From Malacoraja senta (Eukaryota), in NCBI GenBank assembly GCA_038087875.1, contig JAXLNO010000094.1, positions 1-64,000 on the forward strand: a stretch of DNA of 64,000 bases. Reading direction: 5' to 3'. The first letter of the stretch is position 1, and each line of letters opens with the position of its first letter. Both the position numbers and the translations under genes were made by a program. Of this stretch, positions 52,794-64,000 are shown piece by piece. The notes beneath the pieces are model-generated. The model worked only from the letters and a program-made list of their open reading frames with translations, searched no databases and was not told the DNA's origin.

Positions 52794-53838
52794 TTTTTTT
52801 TTTTTGTTGTTGTTTATTTTATTATAAGTTAATAGAATAAAAAACAATATAGTGGCACCTAATTTTAGGTGCCAACTATGTCATAACGTAATGCATTCTA
52901 TGTACAACCTCTAGTTTTATGTTTTTGAAAAGGATGTAAAAAATAAAAAAAATAAAATAAAAAAATAGAGAAAAGAAAGTGGAAAAATAAATAGTAGAAA
53001 ATAGAAAAACGTGAAGTGTGTATATAAGAAAAGAAAAAATAGAAAGTAGAAATAGTAGAAAAAGACCCTTAAAAAAGAAATTTTCAAATCTTTGTTTGGA
53101 GATGTAAATCTATCCACGACCTGACCTGAAATCAGTAATCTTTACGGTACTGCTGCATCACATGATTCCAAAAAGTCGATGAAAGGGGACCAACTCCTTA
53201 AGAATTGGTCATATTTATCTATTAGGCGGAGTCTCATTTCTTCAAGGTGTGCTATGTCCGTCATATTCCTAATCCACATTTTAATAGTTGGTATAGCTGT
53301 ATTTTTCCAAAATTTAAGTATCAATTTCTTTCCAATTATTAACCCATAATTAAAGACTTGAAGAGCTTTGTAAATATATCAAATATATCGCTCCAAAATG
53401 TATTCAACTTTGTACATCCTACAAATGAATGTGTTATATTGGCATTTTGAAACAAACATTTATCGCATCTGGGAGAGACATTTGGGTAAAATTTATTCAA
53501 CCTCGTTTTTGAATAATATAGTCTATGTAATAATTTAAATTGAATTAAATTATGTCTTGCATTAATGGAACAATTATGTGTATTCATCAGATACTTTTCC
53601 CATCTATCTTTCGGGATCTTTAGCATTAGTTCATGTTCCCAATCTTCTCTTAGTGCCTCTGTTGAGGGTAATTCTCTATTTAATATACTATTATAAAAAT
53701 ATGATATTAGTTTTTCTGAATCAGCCTTAATATTCATTGCTTCTTCTAAAGGGTCTACAAATATAGTTTGAGATCTATGTATATATTTCTTCATAAAGTC
53801 ACATATCTGTATATATTTAAAATATTGATTATCATTCA
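52794..53838 (-). mobile_element. 5'-truncated L1-clade LINE fragment (ORF2 C-terminus, 3' UTR, poly(A) signal and tail)
   Basis: Minus-strand peptide LIQFKLLHRLYYSKTRL...RCDKCLFQNANITHSFVGC (L1 ORF2 C-terminal Cys/His motif)...FWSDI, then LILKFWK...W to a stop at 53142. AATAAA on the minus strand at 52813-52823 and A12 at 52794-52805. The 5' boundary is approximate. Confidence 0.9.
53142..53835 (-). pseudogene. L1 ORF2p C-terminal segment, frameshifted (apparent internal deletion near 53355)
   Basis: ORFs 53339..53875 and 53142..53324 are in different frames. The first ~13 aa of the called ORF look like flank rather than L1. Confidence 0.82.
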
Positions 53839-54254
53839 GTACGGGAATCACTCCTCTTTTTCCATTCTTATCCACTCCGACTGGTGAGTTGAACTGTCCA
53901 ACCAGTACATTATGTTCTTAATATGCACTGCCCAGTAGTAATAGGTAAAGAGTAGTAATAGGTAAATTCAGGACAAAGAGACCCAGCTTCACATGAGAGA
54001 TCAACAGCTTAAGGTAACATCAATTCCAGTTGAATATTTGTTACTCTCACTGAGTGAGCTATTACAGTGATCTGTGTACATTATGTTTGCATTTCTGCAG
54101 TTGGATTTCACTATAAAGACTGAAAACTCAGTCCAAAATATTGCAAGTTTTCTTTTTAACAATAACAATTAACAATGCCTCTAAAGCAAAGACTATTGTT
54201 AAACCGTTTAACGTCGTGTGTCAGATCTTTTCAAGGAAATTGAAAGGATGCCTT

Positions 54255-54680
54255 CATATTTGATTTAGAAGGTTGGACTTCAAAATAGACTACAAAATGT
54301 TATTTAAAAGTCCTACTCAAATGATTTAAGCAGAAAGTCATGCCTGATGCTTCCAGTACTACACTGAGAGAATGCTGCACCTGAAGTGCCAACTTTCAAA
54401 TGAAATGTTAAATTAAATCGTGTTTGGTGTCTAACAAGGATGTGAAATATTTTATTTTGGCATATTTTAGAGAAAGAAATGTTTTCCAGGGTGACTTTTC
54501 CTGTCTGTACCCCAAAAGTAACACCCTTCAAGTAGTTAATCTACCACATTAGTACATTATCACATATTTGCTATTTTCAAATTAGTTACATGGTTTACGA
54601 CATTCCAATGTTAATTGAACAACAAAGGTACCTTATAAGCAACATTGGCTGCAAACAAATTTTAGACACCCTGAGGAAGT
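54255..54680 (+). mobile_element. Heavily decayed DeuSINE-like element (SacSINE1/AmnSINE1-related)
   Basis: Colinear blocks resemble the Deu-domain consensus as I recall it (not aligned): TTAGAAGGTTGGACTTCAA; CTGATGCTTCCAGTACTACACTGAGAGAATGCTGCAC...AAGTGCCAACTTTCAAATGAAATGTTAAA; CATTGGCTGCAAACAAATTTTAGACACCCTGAGG. Confidence 0.6.
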
Positions 54681-54841
54681 CATTGTTTTCTGTTTAAATC
54701 CAGTAATGATTCCTCGGACCTTGACCATGAGAGAGTTTGTTTTGCCACTGAATCTTTTTGGGTCTTGATTCCAAATACAGGCTGTGAGGTTTGCTAAATT
54801 TGCAGTGCAATTGCAACAATGTCTGGATTACTGCATTAATT

Positions 54842-56305
54842 TCAAGTCAAGAGAGTTTATTGTCATGTGTCCCAGATAGGACAATGAAATTCTTGCTTTG
54901 CTTCAGCACAACAGAACATAGTAGGCATAAATACAGAACATATATGTGTGTCCATATACCATTATATAAATATATACACACATCAATAAATAAGCAGTTA
55001 AAGTGCAAATAAACAGATAATGGTCTATTAATGTTCAGAGATTTGTTTCAGTTGAGTTTAATAGCCTCAATAGCTGTGGGGTAGCAGCTATTTCTGAACC
55101 TGGACGTTGCAGTCTTCAGGCTCCTGTACCTTCTACCTGAAGGTAGTGGGGAGATGAGTGTGTGGTCAGGATGGTGTGGGTCCTTGATGATGCTGCCAGC
55201 CTTTTTGAGGCAGCGACCACGATAGATCCCCTCGATGGTAGGGAGGTCAGAGCCGATGATGGACTGGGCAGTGTTTACAACTTTTTGTAGTCTTTTCCGG
55301 TCCTGGGCGCTCAAGTTGCCGAACCAAGCCACGATGCAACCGGTCAGCATGCTCTCTACTGTAGAAGTTAGAGAGAGTCCTCCTTGACATACCGACTCTC
55401 CATAATCTTCTCAGGAAGTAGAGTCGCTGATGTGCTTTCTTAATAATTGCATCAATGTTCTCGGACCAGGAGAGATCTTCAGAAATATGCACGCCCAGGA
55501 ATTTGAAGCTCTTGACCCTCTCCACCATCGATCCATTGATAGAAACGAGACTGTGGGTCCCCATCCTACCCCTTCCAAAGTCCACAATCAGTTCCTTGGT
55601 TCTGCTGGTGTTGAGGGCCAGGTTATTGTGCTGGCACCATTTTGTCAGTCGGTCGATCTCACTTCTATACTCTGACTTGTCCCCATCAGTGATACGTCCC
55701 ACAACAGTGGTGTCATTAGCGAACTTGATGATGGAGTTCACACTGTGTCCGGCTACGCAGTCATGAGTATACAATGAGTACAGCAGGGGGCTAAGCACGC
55801 AGCCTTGAGGTACTCCCGTGCTGACTGTTATCGAGGCTGACACATTTCCACCAATACGGACAGACTGTGGTCTGTCAATGAGGAAGTCAAGGATCCAATT
55901 GCAGAGGGATGCGCGGAGACCCAATTCTGAGAGTTTGGTAACCAGCTTGGAGGGGATGATTGTATTAAATGCCGAGCTGCAATCAATGAATAACAGCCTG
56001 ACATATGAGTTTTTGTTTTCCAAGTGGTCCAGAGCGGAGTGGAGAGCCAGCGAGATCGCATCCACCGTTGACCTGTTGTGGCGGTATTCAAACTGCAGTG
56101 GGTCCAGGTTTTTGTCGAGGTAGGAGTTGATTTGCGCCACGATCAACCTCTCAACGCACTTCATCACCACCGACGTTAGTGCCTCTGGTCGATAGTCGTT
56201 GAGGCACGTCACCTTGCTCTTCTTGGGCACCAGTATAATTGATGCCCTTTTAAAACAGGTGGGAACCTCAGACCTCAGAAGTGAGAGGTTGAAAATGTCC
56301 GCAAA
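54842..56305 (-). mobile_element. Rex1/Babar-type non-LTR retrotransposon, 3' portion (RT, C-terminal domain, 3' UTR)
   Basis: RT motifs [41 protein letters not shown] and [13 protein letters not shown]-terminal [13 protein letters not shown] and LPSGRRYRS. The 3' end has a hairpin (~54863-54887), AATAAA and a short (CTTGA)2 tail. Clade assigned from motif memory. Confidence 0.8.
55048..56305 (-). pseudogene. Reverse transcriptase ORF of the Rex1/Babar-type LINE, frameshifted near 55355, catalytic FADD changed to FAND
   Basis: ORFs 55247..56323 and 55048..55350 join through a frameshift. The called start MAPP comes from the adjacent L1 5' end. Confidence 0.85.
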
Positions 56306-56499
56306 GACTTCCGGTGGCGCCATGATGGACTGAACAGGCGCAGCATTTAGCTCCGCTCCCGTAATTAGCGACTTTTCGCGTTAAAAATCGTTTGGGAAGT
56401 CGGGACCGATTTGAAAAGCTTACCGGAGCTGTTTGACGTCGTGCTGATGATGTCATCAGAAATCGCCTCGAAAATAACGGTGGTTTAAGGTACTTTTAA
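56306..56499 (+). promoter_or_regulatory. Putative L1 internal promoter / 5' UTR
   Basis: CpG-dense ~190 bp in AT-rich surroundings. ETS-type motif ACTTCCGG at 56307-56314 and a GCCAT (YY1-core-like) motif just after it. Function is inferred from position. Confidence 0.55.
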
Positions 56500-57509
56500 A
56501 TGAAAAATGTGATTCCTTGCCAGAGCCCTCAGAGATCTGTCTCAAAACATCTTTTGAAAAAACAGCCAACATCTGAAGAAACTGAAGAATCAGAAGAAGT
56601 AACTGCTGAACTAGCCTTTGAAATGTCTACAAGATCAATGGCTGAAAATGCTTCAAAGAATAAAGAGTTGGAGGATATAAGGAACTCGGTAAGAGACTTA
56701 AAAATTGAACTTTTGGCTTGTAATAAAAGTATGATGGAGAGCATGATGGAGAACATGAACACTGGGAACCAGAAAGTTATTGATTCAATTGATAATATAA
56801 ATAAACGAATTGATGATGTGCATGGTGAATTATCTCTGAAAATTGACCGGGTGGAAGAAGATTGCACGATTAAGGTTGATGTTGTTCTCCAAACCGTTAC
56901 ATCATGCCGTACTGCTATGAAAGATATGGAAACAGCTATGGTACAAATGTCCGAAGATATAAAGAGAATGAAGAAGGATCAGGACCGTGTCGTGGGTCAG
57001 TTAGCTAAAACGTCAGATAAATGCCTTGATTTGGAAGCACGTTCAAGACGGCAGAATTTAAGAATAGTTGGAGTGGCAGAGGGAAAGGAAGGGAATGAGC
57101 CTCGTGAGTACACTGCCAACTTACTTAAACATGTACTCGACCTGCCTGTCGAACCTAAAATAGAAGTGGCACATCGGGTGCAACGGGCAAAATCAAGAGC
57201 ACAAGCAAAGTCAGGAGCCTCCCCACGACAGATCATTGTGAAATTTCAGCTTTGGAAGATGTTATGAAAAGAATCCAGTACGGAAAGAATACGATGTATG
57301 GGACTGATACCATCAAACTATTTAGAGATTATCCATATGAAATCGCCAAAAACCGAGAATTGTTTACAAACACACGACAGATCTTGAAAGGGCACAAAAA
57401 CATCCGGTATGGTATCATTTATCCGGCTAAAATGATTATCAGCTATAATGGTACTGAACGTAAGTTCCATGAACCAGAAGCTGCTTACAAATACGCTCAA
57501 GACATTTAA
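56500..57509 (+). pseudogene. L1 ORF1p (coiled coil, RRM, CTD), one frameshift near 57255
   Basis: LDLEARSRRQNLRIVGVAEG, IEVAHRV and PRQIIVKF; then in the next frame IKLFRDY and YGIIYPAKMII. Heptad-rich N-terminal half. The start could also be the in-frame ATG at 56623. Confidence 0.9.
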
Positions 57510-58164
57510 AAAGAGATAGCTGATTAAGTACAGCACTACGTCTTCAAGATAAGGTTTTTATTCTGCAGATATCGGCAGAGGAGAAGCTGATAAAGTTGAC
57601 TTTTTAATAAAGAAATTAAGATGGCGGAGCTTCTCCATGTGCTGGTGTCTAGACATTTTATCTTTCAAGGACATTCTTTGTTCCAACTCGAGCGAAAGAT
57701 GGAATAACAAGGGGGTGGCTGAATGGGGAACGTAATACAGATGGACTTGAAAATCCTATACTAATCCTATATTAACACAGAAACTACTGAATTAACATAG
57801 TAATAGTAATTAAATCTAATGAAATTAACATATTAACAGTAATAGTAATTGAATTAAAAGCGAATTGCTCAATGGTAAAATGTAATAATCCATTATAGTG
57901 ATTGATCTCCCCGGGGAGGGGAAGAGGGGGCTAAATATAAGGAAATAGATTAATAACAGACTAAAAAAAACACAAATTTAGATAATATAATAGGCTTCAG
58001 TTCAAATTATGCTCGGGAGGAGGTGAGGAGATTCAGAACCTTGGCAATAAGCCAGGATCTGACTGGTTAACACCATCCAACCAGCAGTTGATTAGTACTG
58101 AAGGGGAAGAAAATGTAATAATTGTTAACATAGTAAAGGGTAGATAAGCTTTGATTAGATAAGA

Positions 58165-58418
<254 letters not shown>

Positions 58419-58765
58419 AATGGTGATATATATAACCTGGCTTTGAATTGGCCCCAACTCCCTTTTGTAAGATTATTCAAGGGGGCGGAGCTAAATGTAG
58501 ATTAACAACTACGGAAGTCAATAAATGTGTAACTACCATCATTAGGTGGATAATCGGTTACAGTGTCGTCATTTTTAGACACTGAAACTTCACTTTTTAA
58601 TATATTTTTTGTGTCACAATAATACACATTTTTTTGTTTTTTTGTTCAAGGACAATTTTAAAAGGGATGTACCAACTGAATTTGATAATGCAAATGCTCC
58701 CCCAACAGCCAGAGACCTGAGGTATTGGTTGCACCATATGATTCAAAGGTATTAAATAATTTATA

Positions 58766-60505
58766 ATGCAAGACGATAAACAAAAGAAATTTGGAGGAAT
58801 CACATTCTGCAGTTGGAACATAAGGGGTGCTAATGAACCTATTAAAAGGGGTAAGATTTTTGCACAATTGAAGTCGCTCAATTCGGACATAATTTTTCTA
58901 CAAGAAACTCATTTGAAATTGCAAGATCAGACTAGATTGATGGCAAACCGGATAGGCCAAACATATCAATCTTCATATATTTCTAAATGTAGAGGCACGG
59001 CAATTATTATTCGCAAAGGTATACCATTTAAATCAAAGAATATCATAATAGATAAGGAAGGAAGATATCTTATAGTTACCGGAGAGATTCATGCTACTCC
59101 AATCACCTTGGTAAATATTTATGCGCCTAATTTTGATAATCCCCAATTCTTTAATAAAATCCTGAATATAATTTCAGAGTTCAATTATCAAAACGTGATA
59201 ATTGGGGGAGATTTTAACTGTGTTTTAGATCCGTACCTGGATAAATCTTCACAACAGAACAGGGGTAACACAAAATCTAAAACTAGGGAAATCCTAAATA
59301 CATACATAAAAAATACAAATGCAACAGATGTCTGGAGGATCGCTAACCCTGCTGGAAGGGAATACTCGTTTTATTCAATGGTACACAAAACCTATTCACG
59401 TATCGCCTATTTTCTAGTGGATACAAAACTAATTCCCTATACATCGAATGCAAAATATCACAACAGTACAATTTTAGATCACTCCCCGTTAAAAAAAAAA
59501 TTTTAACTCGAAGGAATGACTAATAATAAATTGTTTTGGAGATTTAATCCTCAAATCCTAAATGATCCACAAGGTGGTATATATCCAAAATAACAGATGG
59601 AACTTTTTTTCAAGACTAATGATATCCCAGAGATTTCACCAACCTTACTATGGAAATCTTTCAAAGCAGTTATCAGAAGGTCTATAATCTCATACCAAGC
59701 TTTTCTAAATAAAAAGAATAAGAATGAACTAAGGCAGCTAGAAGAACGAATTAGACAATTGGATTTAGATAACGCTAAAGAGCCAACTATAGATAAACAT
59801 AATAAAATAACAATATTGAAATTTAAATAAAATAAAATATCAGCAAATGTTATAAGATTATTTCAAATTACAAAACAGGAACATTTGAATTTGGGGATAA
59901 ACCACACAAAGCTTTGGCAAGACAACTGAAAAAAAGGGAAAAAGTCCATACGATTTTAAAGATTAAATCAGATAAAGGGGAATTGTTAACACTACCTAAG
60001 GATATTAATAAAAGATTTGCAAAAATGTATCAAAATTTATATACATCTAAAGCGTTAGCAGATAGTACTAAAGTTATAGAGTTCTTGGATAATTGTAATC
60101 TCCCAAAACTTAATTCGATCGAACAAGAGGAATTAGGAGCACAAATTTCAACTAAGGAAATAGAAGAAACAATAAATTCATTGAAAAATGGAAAAACACC
60201 AGGACCAGATGGTTTTAGTAATGAATTTTATAAAAGAATCTACGAGATAATTACACCACGGCTACATAAAATGTATACATACGCTTGTAAAGAACAAACA
60301 CTTCCAGAAACGTTAGCGGAATCAACGATTACACTTATACCTAAAAAAGATAAAGATTTAGAAGGACCGGGTTCCTATAGAGCTATTGCGCTGTTAAATA
60401 CAGATCAAAAAATATTAGCAAAAACATTAGCTAGAAGATTAAGTAAATATGTTAGTAAATTAATAAATGCGGATCAAACGGGGTTTATACCCAAGAGATA
60501 CTCAT
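58766..60505 (+). pseudogene. L1 ORF2p N-terminal half (APE endonuclease, linker, start of RT), with several stops and frameshifts
   Basis: SWNIRG, IIFLQETH, IIGGDFN, YSRIAYF, LDHSP; then GKTPGPDGFSNEFYK, SYRAIALLNTDQKILAK, DQTGFIP. Split over ORFs 58766..59506, 59597..59830 and 59914..60567. Confidence 0.92.
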
Positions 60506-60590
60506 ATAACCATATAACCATAACAGCACGGAAACAGGCCCTCTCGGCCCTTCAAGTCCATGCCTAACACTTTTTAAATTTTTTTTATTT

Positions 60591-63510
60591 TTATAACTTC
60601 CCCCTAGTTCCCTTCCCGTCCATATACCCATCCAATCTATTTTTAATGGATAACATCGAACCTGCCTCCACCACTTCCACTGGAAGCTCATTCCACACAG
60701 CTACCACTCTCTGAGTAAAGAAGTTCCCCCTAATGTTCCCCCTAAACTTCTGTCCCTTAATTCTCAAGTCATGTCCCCTTGTTTGAATCTTCCCTACTCT
60801 CAATGGGAAAAGCTTATCCATGTCCACTCTGTCTAACCCGCTCATAATTTTAAAGACCTCTATCAAGTCCCCTCTTAACCTTCTGCGCTCCAAAGAATAA
60901 AGACCTAACTTGTTCAACCTTTCTCTGTAACTTAGTTGCTGAAACCCAGGCAACATTCTAGTAAATTTCCTCTGTACTCTCTCTATTTTGTTGACATCCT
61001 TCCTATAATTAGGCGACCAAAATTGTACTCCATACTCCAGAATTGGCCTCACCAATGCCTTGTACAATTTTAACATTACATCCCAACTTCTATATTCTAT
61101 GCTCTGATTTATAAAGGCCAGCACACCAAAAGCTTTCTTTACCACCCTATCTACATGAGATTCCACCTTCAGGGAACTATGCACAGTTATTCCTAGATCC
61201 CTCTGTTCAACTGCATTCCTCAATTTGCTACCATTTACCATATACGTCCTATTTTGATTTGTCCTGCCGAGATGTAGCACCTCACATTTGTCAGCATTAA
61301 ACTCCATCTGCCATCTTTCAGCCCCCTCTTCCAAATGGCCTAAATCTCTCTGTAGACTTTGAAAATCTACTTCATTATCCACAACACCACCTATCTTAAT
61401 ATCATTTGCATACTTACTAATCCAATTTTCCATACCATCATCCAGATCATTGATGTACATGACAAACAACAGTGGACCCAACACAGACCCCTGAGGCACC
61501 CCACTAGTCACCGGCCTCCAACCTGACAAACAGCCATCCACCATTACTCTCTGGCATCTCCCATTCAGCCACTGTTGAACATCTTGCTACTCCACCATTA
61601 ATACCCAACAATTGAATCTTCTTAACCAACCTTCCATGAGGAACCTTGTCAAAGGCCTTACTGAAGTCCATATAGACAACATCCACTGCTTTACCCTCGT
61701 CAATTTCCCTAGTAACCTCTTTGAAAAATTCAAGAAGATTAGTCAAGCATGACCTTCCAGGCACAATTCCATGTTGACTGTTCCTAATCAGACCCTGCTT
61801 ATCCAGATGCTTATATATATTATCTTTAAGTATCCTTTCCATTAATTTGCCCACCACTGACGTCAAACTAACAGGTCTATAATTGCTAGGTTTACTCTTA
61901 GAACCCTTTTTAAACAACGGAACAACATGCGCAGTACGCCAATCCTCCGGCACTATTCCCGTTTCTAATGACATTTGAAATATTTCTGTCATAGCCCCTG
62001 CTATTTCTACACTAACTTCCCTCAATGTCCTAGGGAATATCCTGTCAGGACCTGGAGACTTATCCGTTTTCATATTTTTCAAAAGTGTCTGCACCTCCTC
62101 TTCTTTGAATCTCACAGTTTCCATTGCTACTCTGCTTGTTTCCCTTACCTCACATAATTCCATATCCTTCTCCTTGGTGAACACCGAAGAAAAGAAATTG
62201 TTCAATATCTCCCCCATCTCTTTTGGCTCTGCAGATAGCTGTCCACTCTGACTCTCTAATGGACCAATTTTATTCCTTGTTATCCTTTTGCTATTAATAT
62301 AGCTGTAGAAACCCTTTGGATTTACTTTCACCTTACTTGCCAAAGCAACCTCATATCTTCTTTTAGCTTTTCTAATTTCTTTCTTAATATTCTTTTTACA
62401 TTCTTTATACTCCTCAAGCACCTCATTTACTCCATGCTGCCTATAATTATTGTAGATCTCTCTCTTTTTCCGAACCAAGTGTCCAATTTCCCTTGAAAAC
62501 CATGGCTCTTTCCAATTTTTACTATTTCCTTTCAACCGAACAGGGACATATAGATTCTGTACTCTTAAAATTTGACCCTTAAATGTCCTCCATTTTTCTT
62601 CTACATCCTTCCCATAAAACAACGTCCCAATTCACTCCTTTTAAATCCTTTCGCATCTCCTCAAAGTTAGCCTTTCTCCAATCAAAAATATCAACCCTAG
62701 GTCCAGTTCTGACCCTCTCCATAATTATATTGAAACTAATGGTATTGTGATCACTGGACCCGAAGTGCTCCCCGACGCATACCTCCGCCACCTGCCCTGT
62801 CTCATTTCCTAACAGGAGGTCCAGCACTGCCCCTTCTCTAGTAGGTACCTCTATGTATTGCTGCAAAAAACTATCCTGCACACATTTTACAAACTCCAAA
62901 CCATCCAGCCCTTTTACAGAATGTGTTTCCCAGTCTATGTGTGGAAAATTGAAATCTCCCACAATCACTAACTTGTGCTTACTGCTAATATCTGCTATCT
63001 CCTTACATATTTGCTCTTCCAATTCTCGCTCCCCATTTGGCGGTCTATAATACACCCCTATAAGTGTTGCTACACCTTTCCCATTTCTCAGTTCCACCCG
63101 AATAGCCTCCCTAGACGATCCCTCTAATCTATCCTGCCAAAGCACTGCTGTAATATCTTCCTTGACAAACAATGCAACCCCCCACCTCTTGCCCTTCCAA
63201 TTCTATCACCCCTGAAGCAACGAAATCCTGGAATATTTAGTTTCCAATCACAGCCCTCCTGCAACCATGTTTCACTGATCGCCACAACATCATACTTCCA
63301 GGTGTCAATCCAGGCTCTAAACCCATCCACCTTTCTTACAATGCTCCTAGCATTAAAATATACACATTTAAGAAACCCACCACCACTTATTCTCTGTTTA
63401 TTATCTTTTTCTTCTTCCTCCCCTACATTTTGGGTCTGAGTGCTTCCCTTCTCTGCCTCCTGCCTCCCACATTTTTCACCAGCTTTCTCTATTTGAGTCC
63501 CTCCCCCCAA
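60591..63510 (-). pseudogene. CR1 ORF2 (endonuclease + reverse transcriptase), three frameshifts, catalytic YADD changed to YAND
   Basis: LKCVYFNARSI, VAISETW, VGDFNFP, GSSDH, KSPGPD, NYRPVSLTS, DFSKAFDKVPH, SGVPQGSVLGPLLF, KYANDIKIGG and TRGH, across ORFs 63124..63510, 62579..63172, 61504..62622 and 60591..61544. Confidence 0.92.
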
Positions 63511-63515
63511 CCGTT

Positions 63516-64000
63516 CTAGTTTAAAGTCTCCCCAGTAGCCTTTGCAAATCTCTCCGTCAAGATATTGGTCCCCCTCGGGTTCAAGTGCAACCCGTCCTTT
63601 CTGTACAGGTCACACCTTCCCCAAAAGAGGTCCCAATGATCCAGAAATTTGAATCCCTGCCCGCTGCACCAGTTCCTCAGCCACGCATTTATCCTCCACC
63701 TCATTCCATTCCTACTCTCACAGTCGCGTGGCACAGGTAGTAATCCTGAGATTGTTACCTATGCGTTTCTTCTCCTTAACTCTCCTCCCCAACTCACTAA
63801 ATTCTCCTTTCAGGACCTCTTCTCCTTTTCTACCTATGTCATTGGTACCTACAGTATATGTACCACAACCTCAGGCTCCTCTCCCTCCGATTTCAGGATA
63901 TCTTGGACGCGTTCAGACACATCCCTGACCCTGGCACCAGGGAGGCAAACTACCATCCGGGTCTCCTGACTGCATCCACAGAATCGCCTATCCGACCCCC
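63516..64000 (-). pseudogene. CR1 ORF1 C-terminal SGNH/GDSL esterase-like domain (partial, disrupted)
   Basis: INAWLRNWC...FLDHWDLFWGRCDLYRKDGLHLNPRGTNIL (the DxxH block). A degraded V.IGT.DIG block and CLPGARV-like sequence lie upstream on the minus strand. Confidence 0.85.

Larger units (their letters stand above)
60503..64000 (-). mobile_element. CR1-clade LINE with complete 3' end, running off the window within ORF1
   Basis: 3' tail of 8-bp repeats (CATATAAC x2 plus a partial copy on +, 60503-60524) next to a GGGCC-GAGAG-GGCCT stem-loop (60536-60550). Full EN+RT ORF2 and an SGNH-esterase ORF1 lie upstream. Confidence 0.93.

Noticed and set aside
276..52847. Hundreds of ORFs in the satellite as protein-coding or zinc-finger-like genes
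   Set aside because: All frames give the same peptide, indels ignore frame, many called starts are non-ATG codons, and the Cys/His spacing fits no finger motif.
54798..54809. Inverted 12-bp match to the satellite core (ATTTGCAGTGCA)
   Set aside because: Isolated, with no flanking similarity; compatible with chance.
54313..55012. Short ORFs 54313..54531 and 54791..55012 as host exons
   Set aside because: They overlap the SINE relic and the Rex 3' UTR, and show no domain or splice evidence.
55430..56123. Plus-strand ORFs over the Rex RT, and similar antisense ORFs over L1 and CR1
   Set aside because: Antisense shadows of retroelement coding sequence with no recognisable motifs.

Overview
Eukaryotic, repeat-only DNA, probably from a cartilaginous fish (inferred from the retroelement families). 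No host gene, structural RNA gene or CRISPR array is supported. Positions 1-52793 are one unidirectional satellite array. It is built from a 35-bp monomer (GGGTTGAAGTAAAAATGCACTGCAAATGGTTGTTT) and a ~45-46-bp version with an extra G/T linker. The left part (1 to ~25.5 kb) is a mosaic of variant monomers with 466-bp, ~4.07-kb, 4713-bp and ~12.2-kb duplications. The right part (25.5-52.8 kb) is a homogeneous higher-order-repeat (HOR) domain of ~424, ~742 and ~835-bp units, nested into ~2.0-kb, 1272-bp and ~6.97-kb periods. The array ends abruptly at the poly(A) tail of an antisense L1 3' fragment. The last 11 kb hold that fragment, a decayed DeuSINE-like element, a Rex1/Babar-type LINE and the 5' half of an L1 with (TA)122 in its inter-ORF spacer. 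A CR1 LINE with an SGNH-esterase ORF1 is inserted into that L1. The ORFs called in the satellite are artefacts of a stop-free strand. The least expected signals are an antisense echo of the L1 5' terminus upstream of ORF2, three different junctions giving the same 424-bp HOR, and a dyad in the monomer whose variants repeatedly perfect the hairpin.
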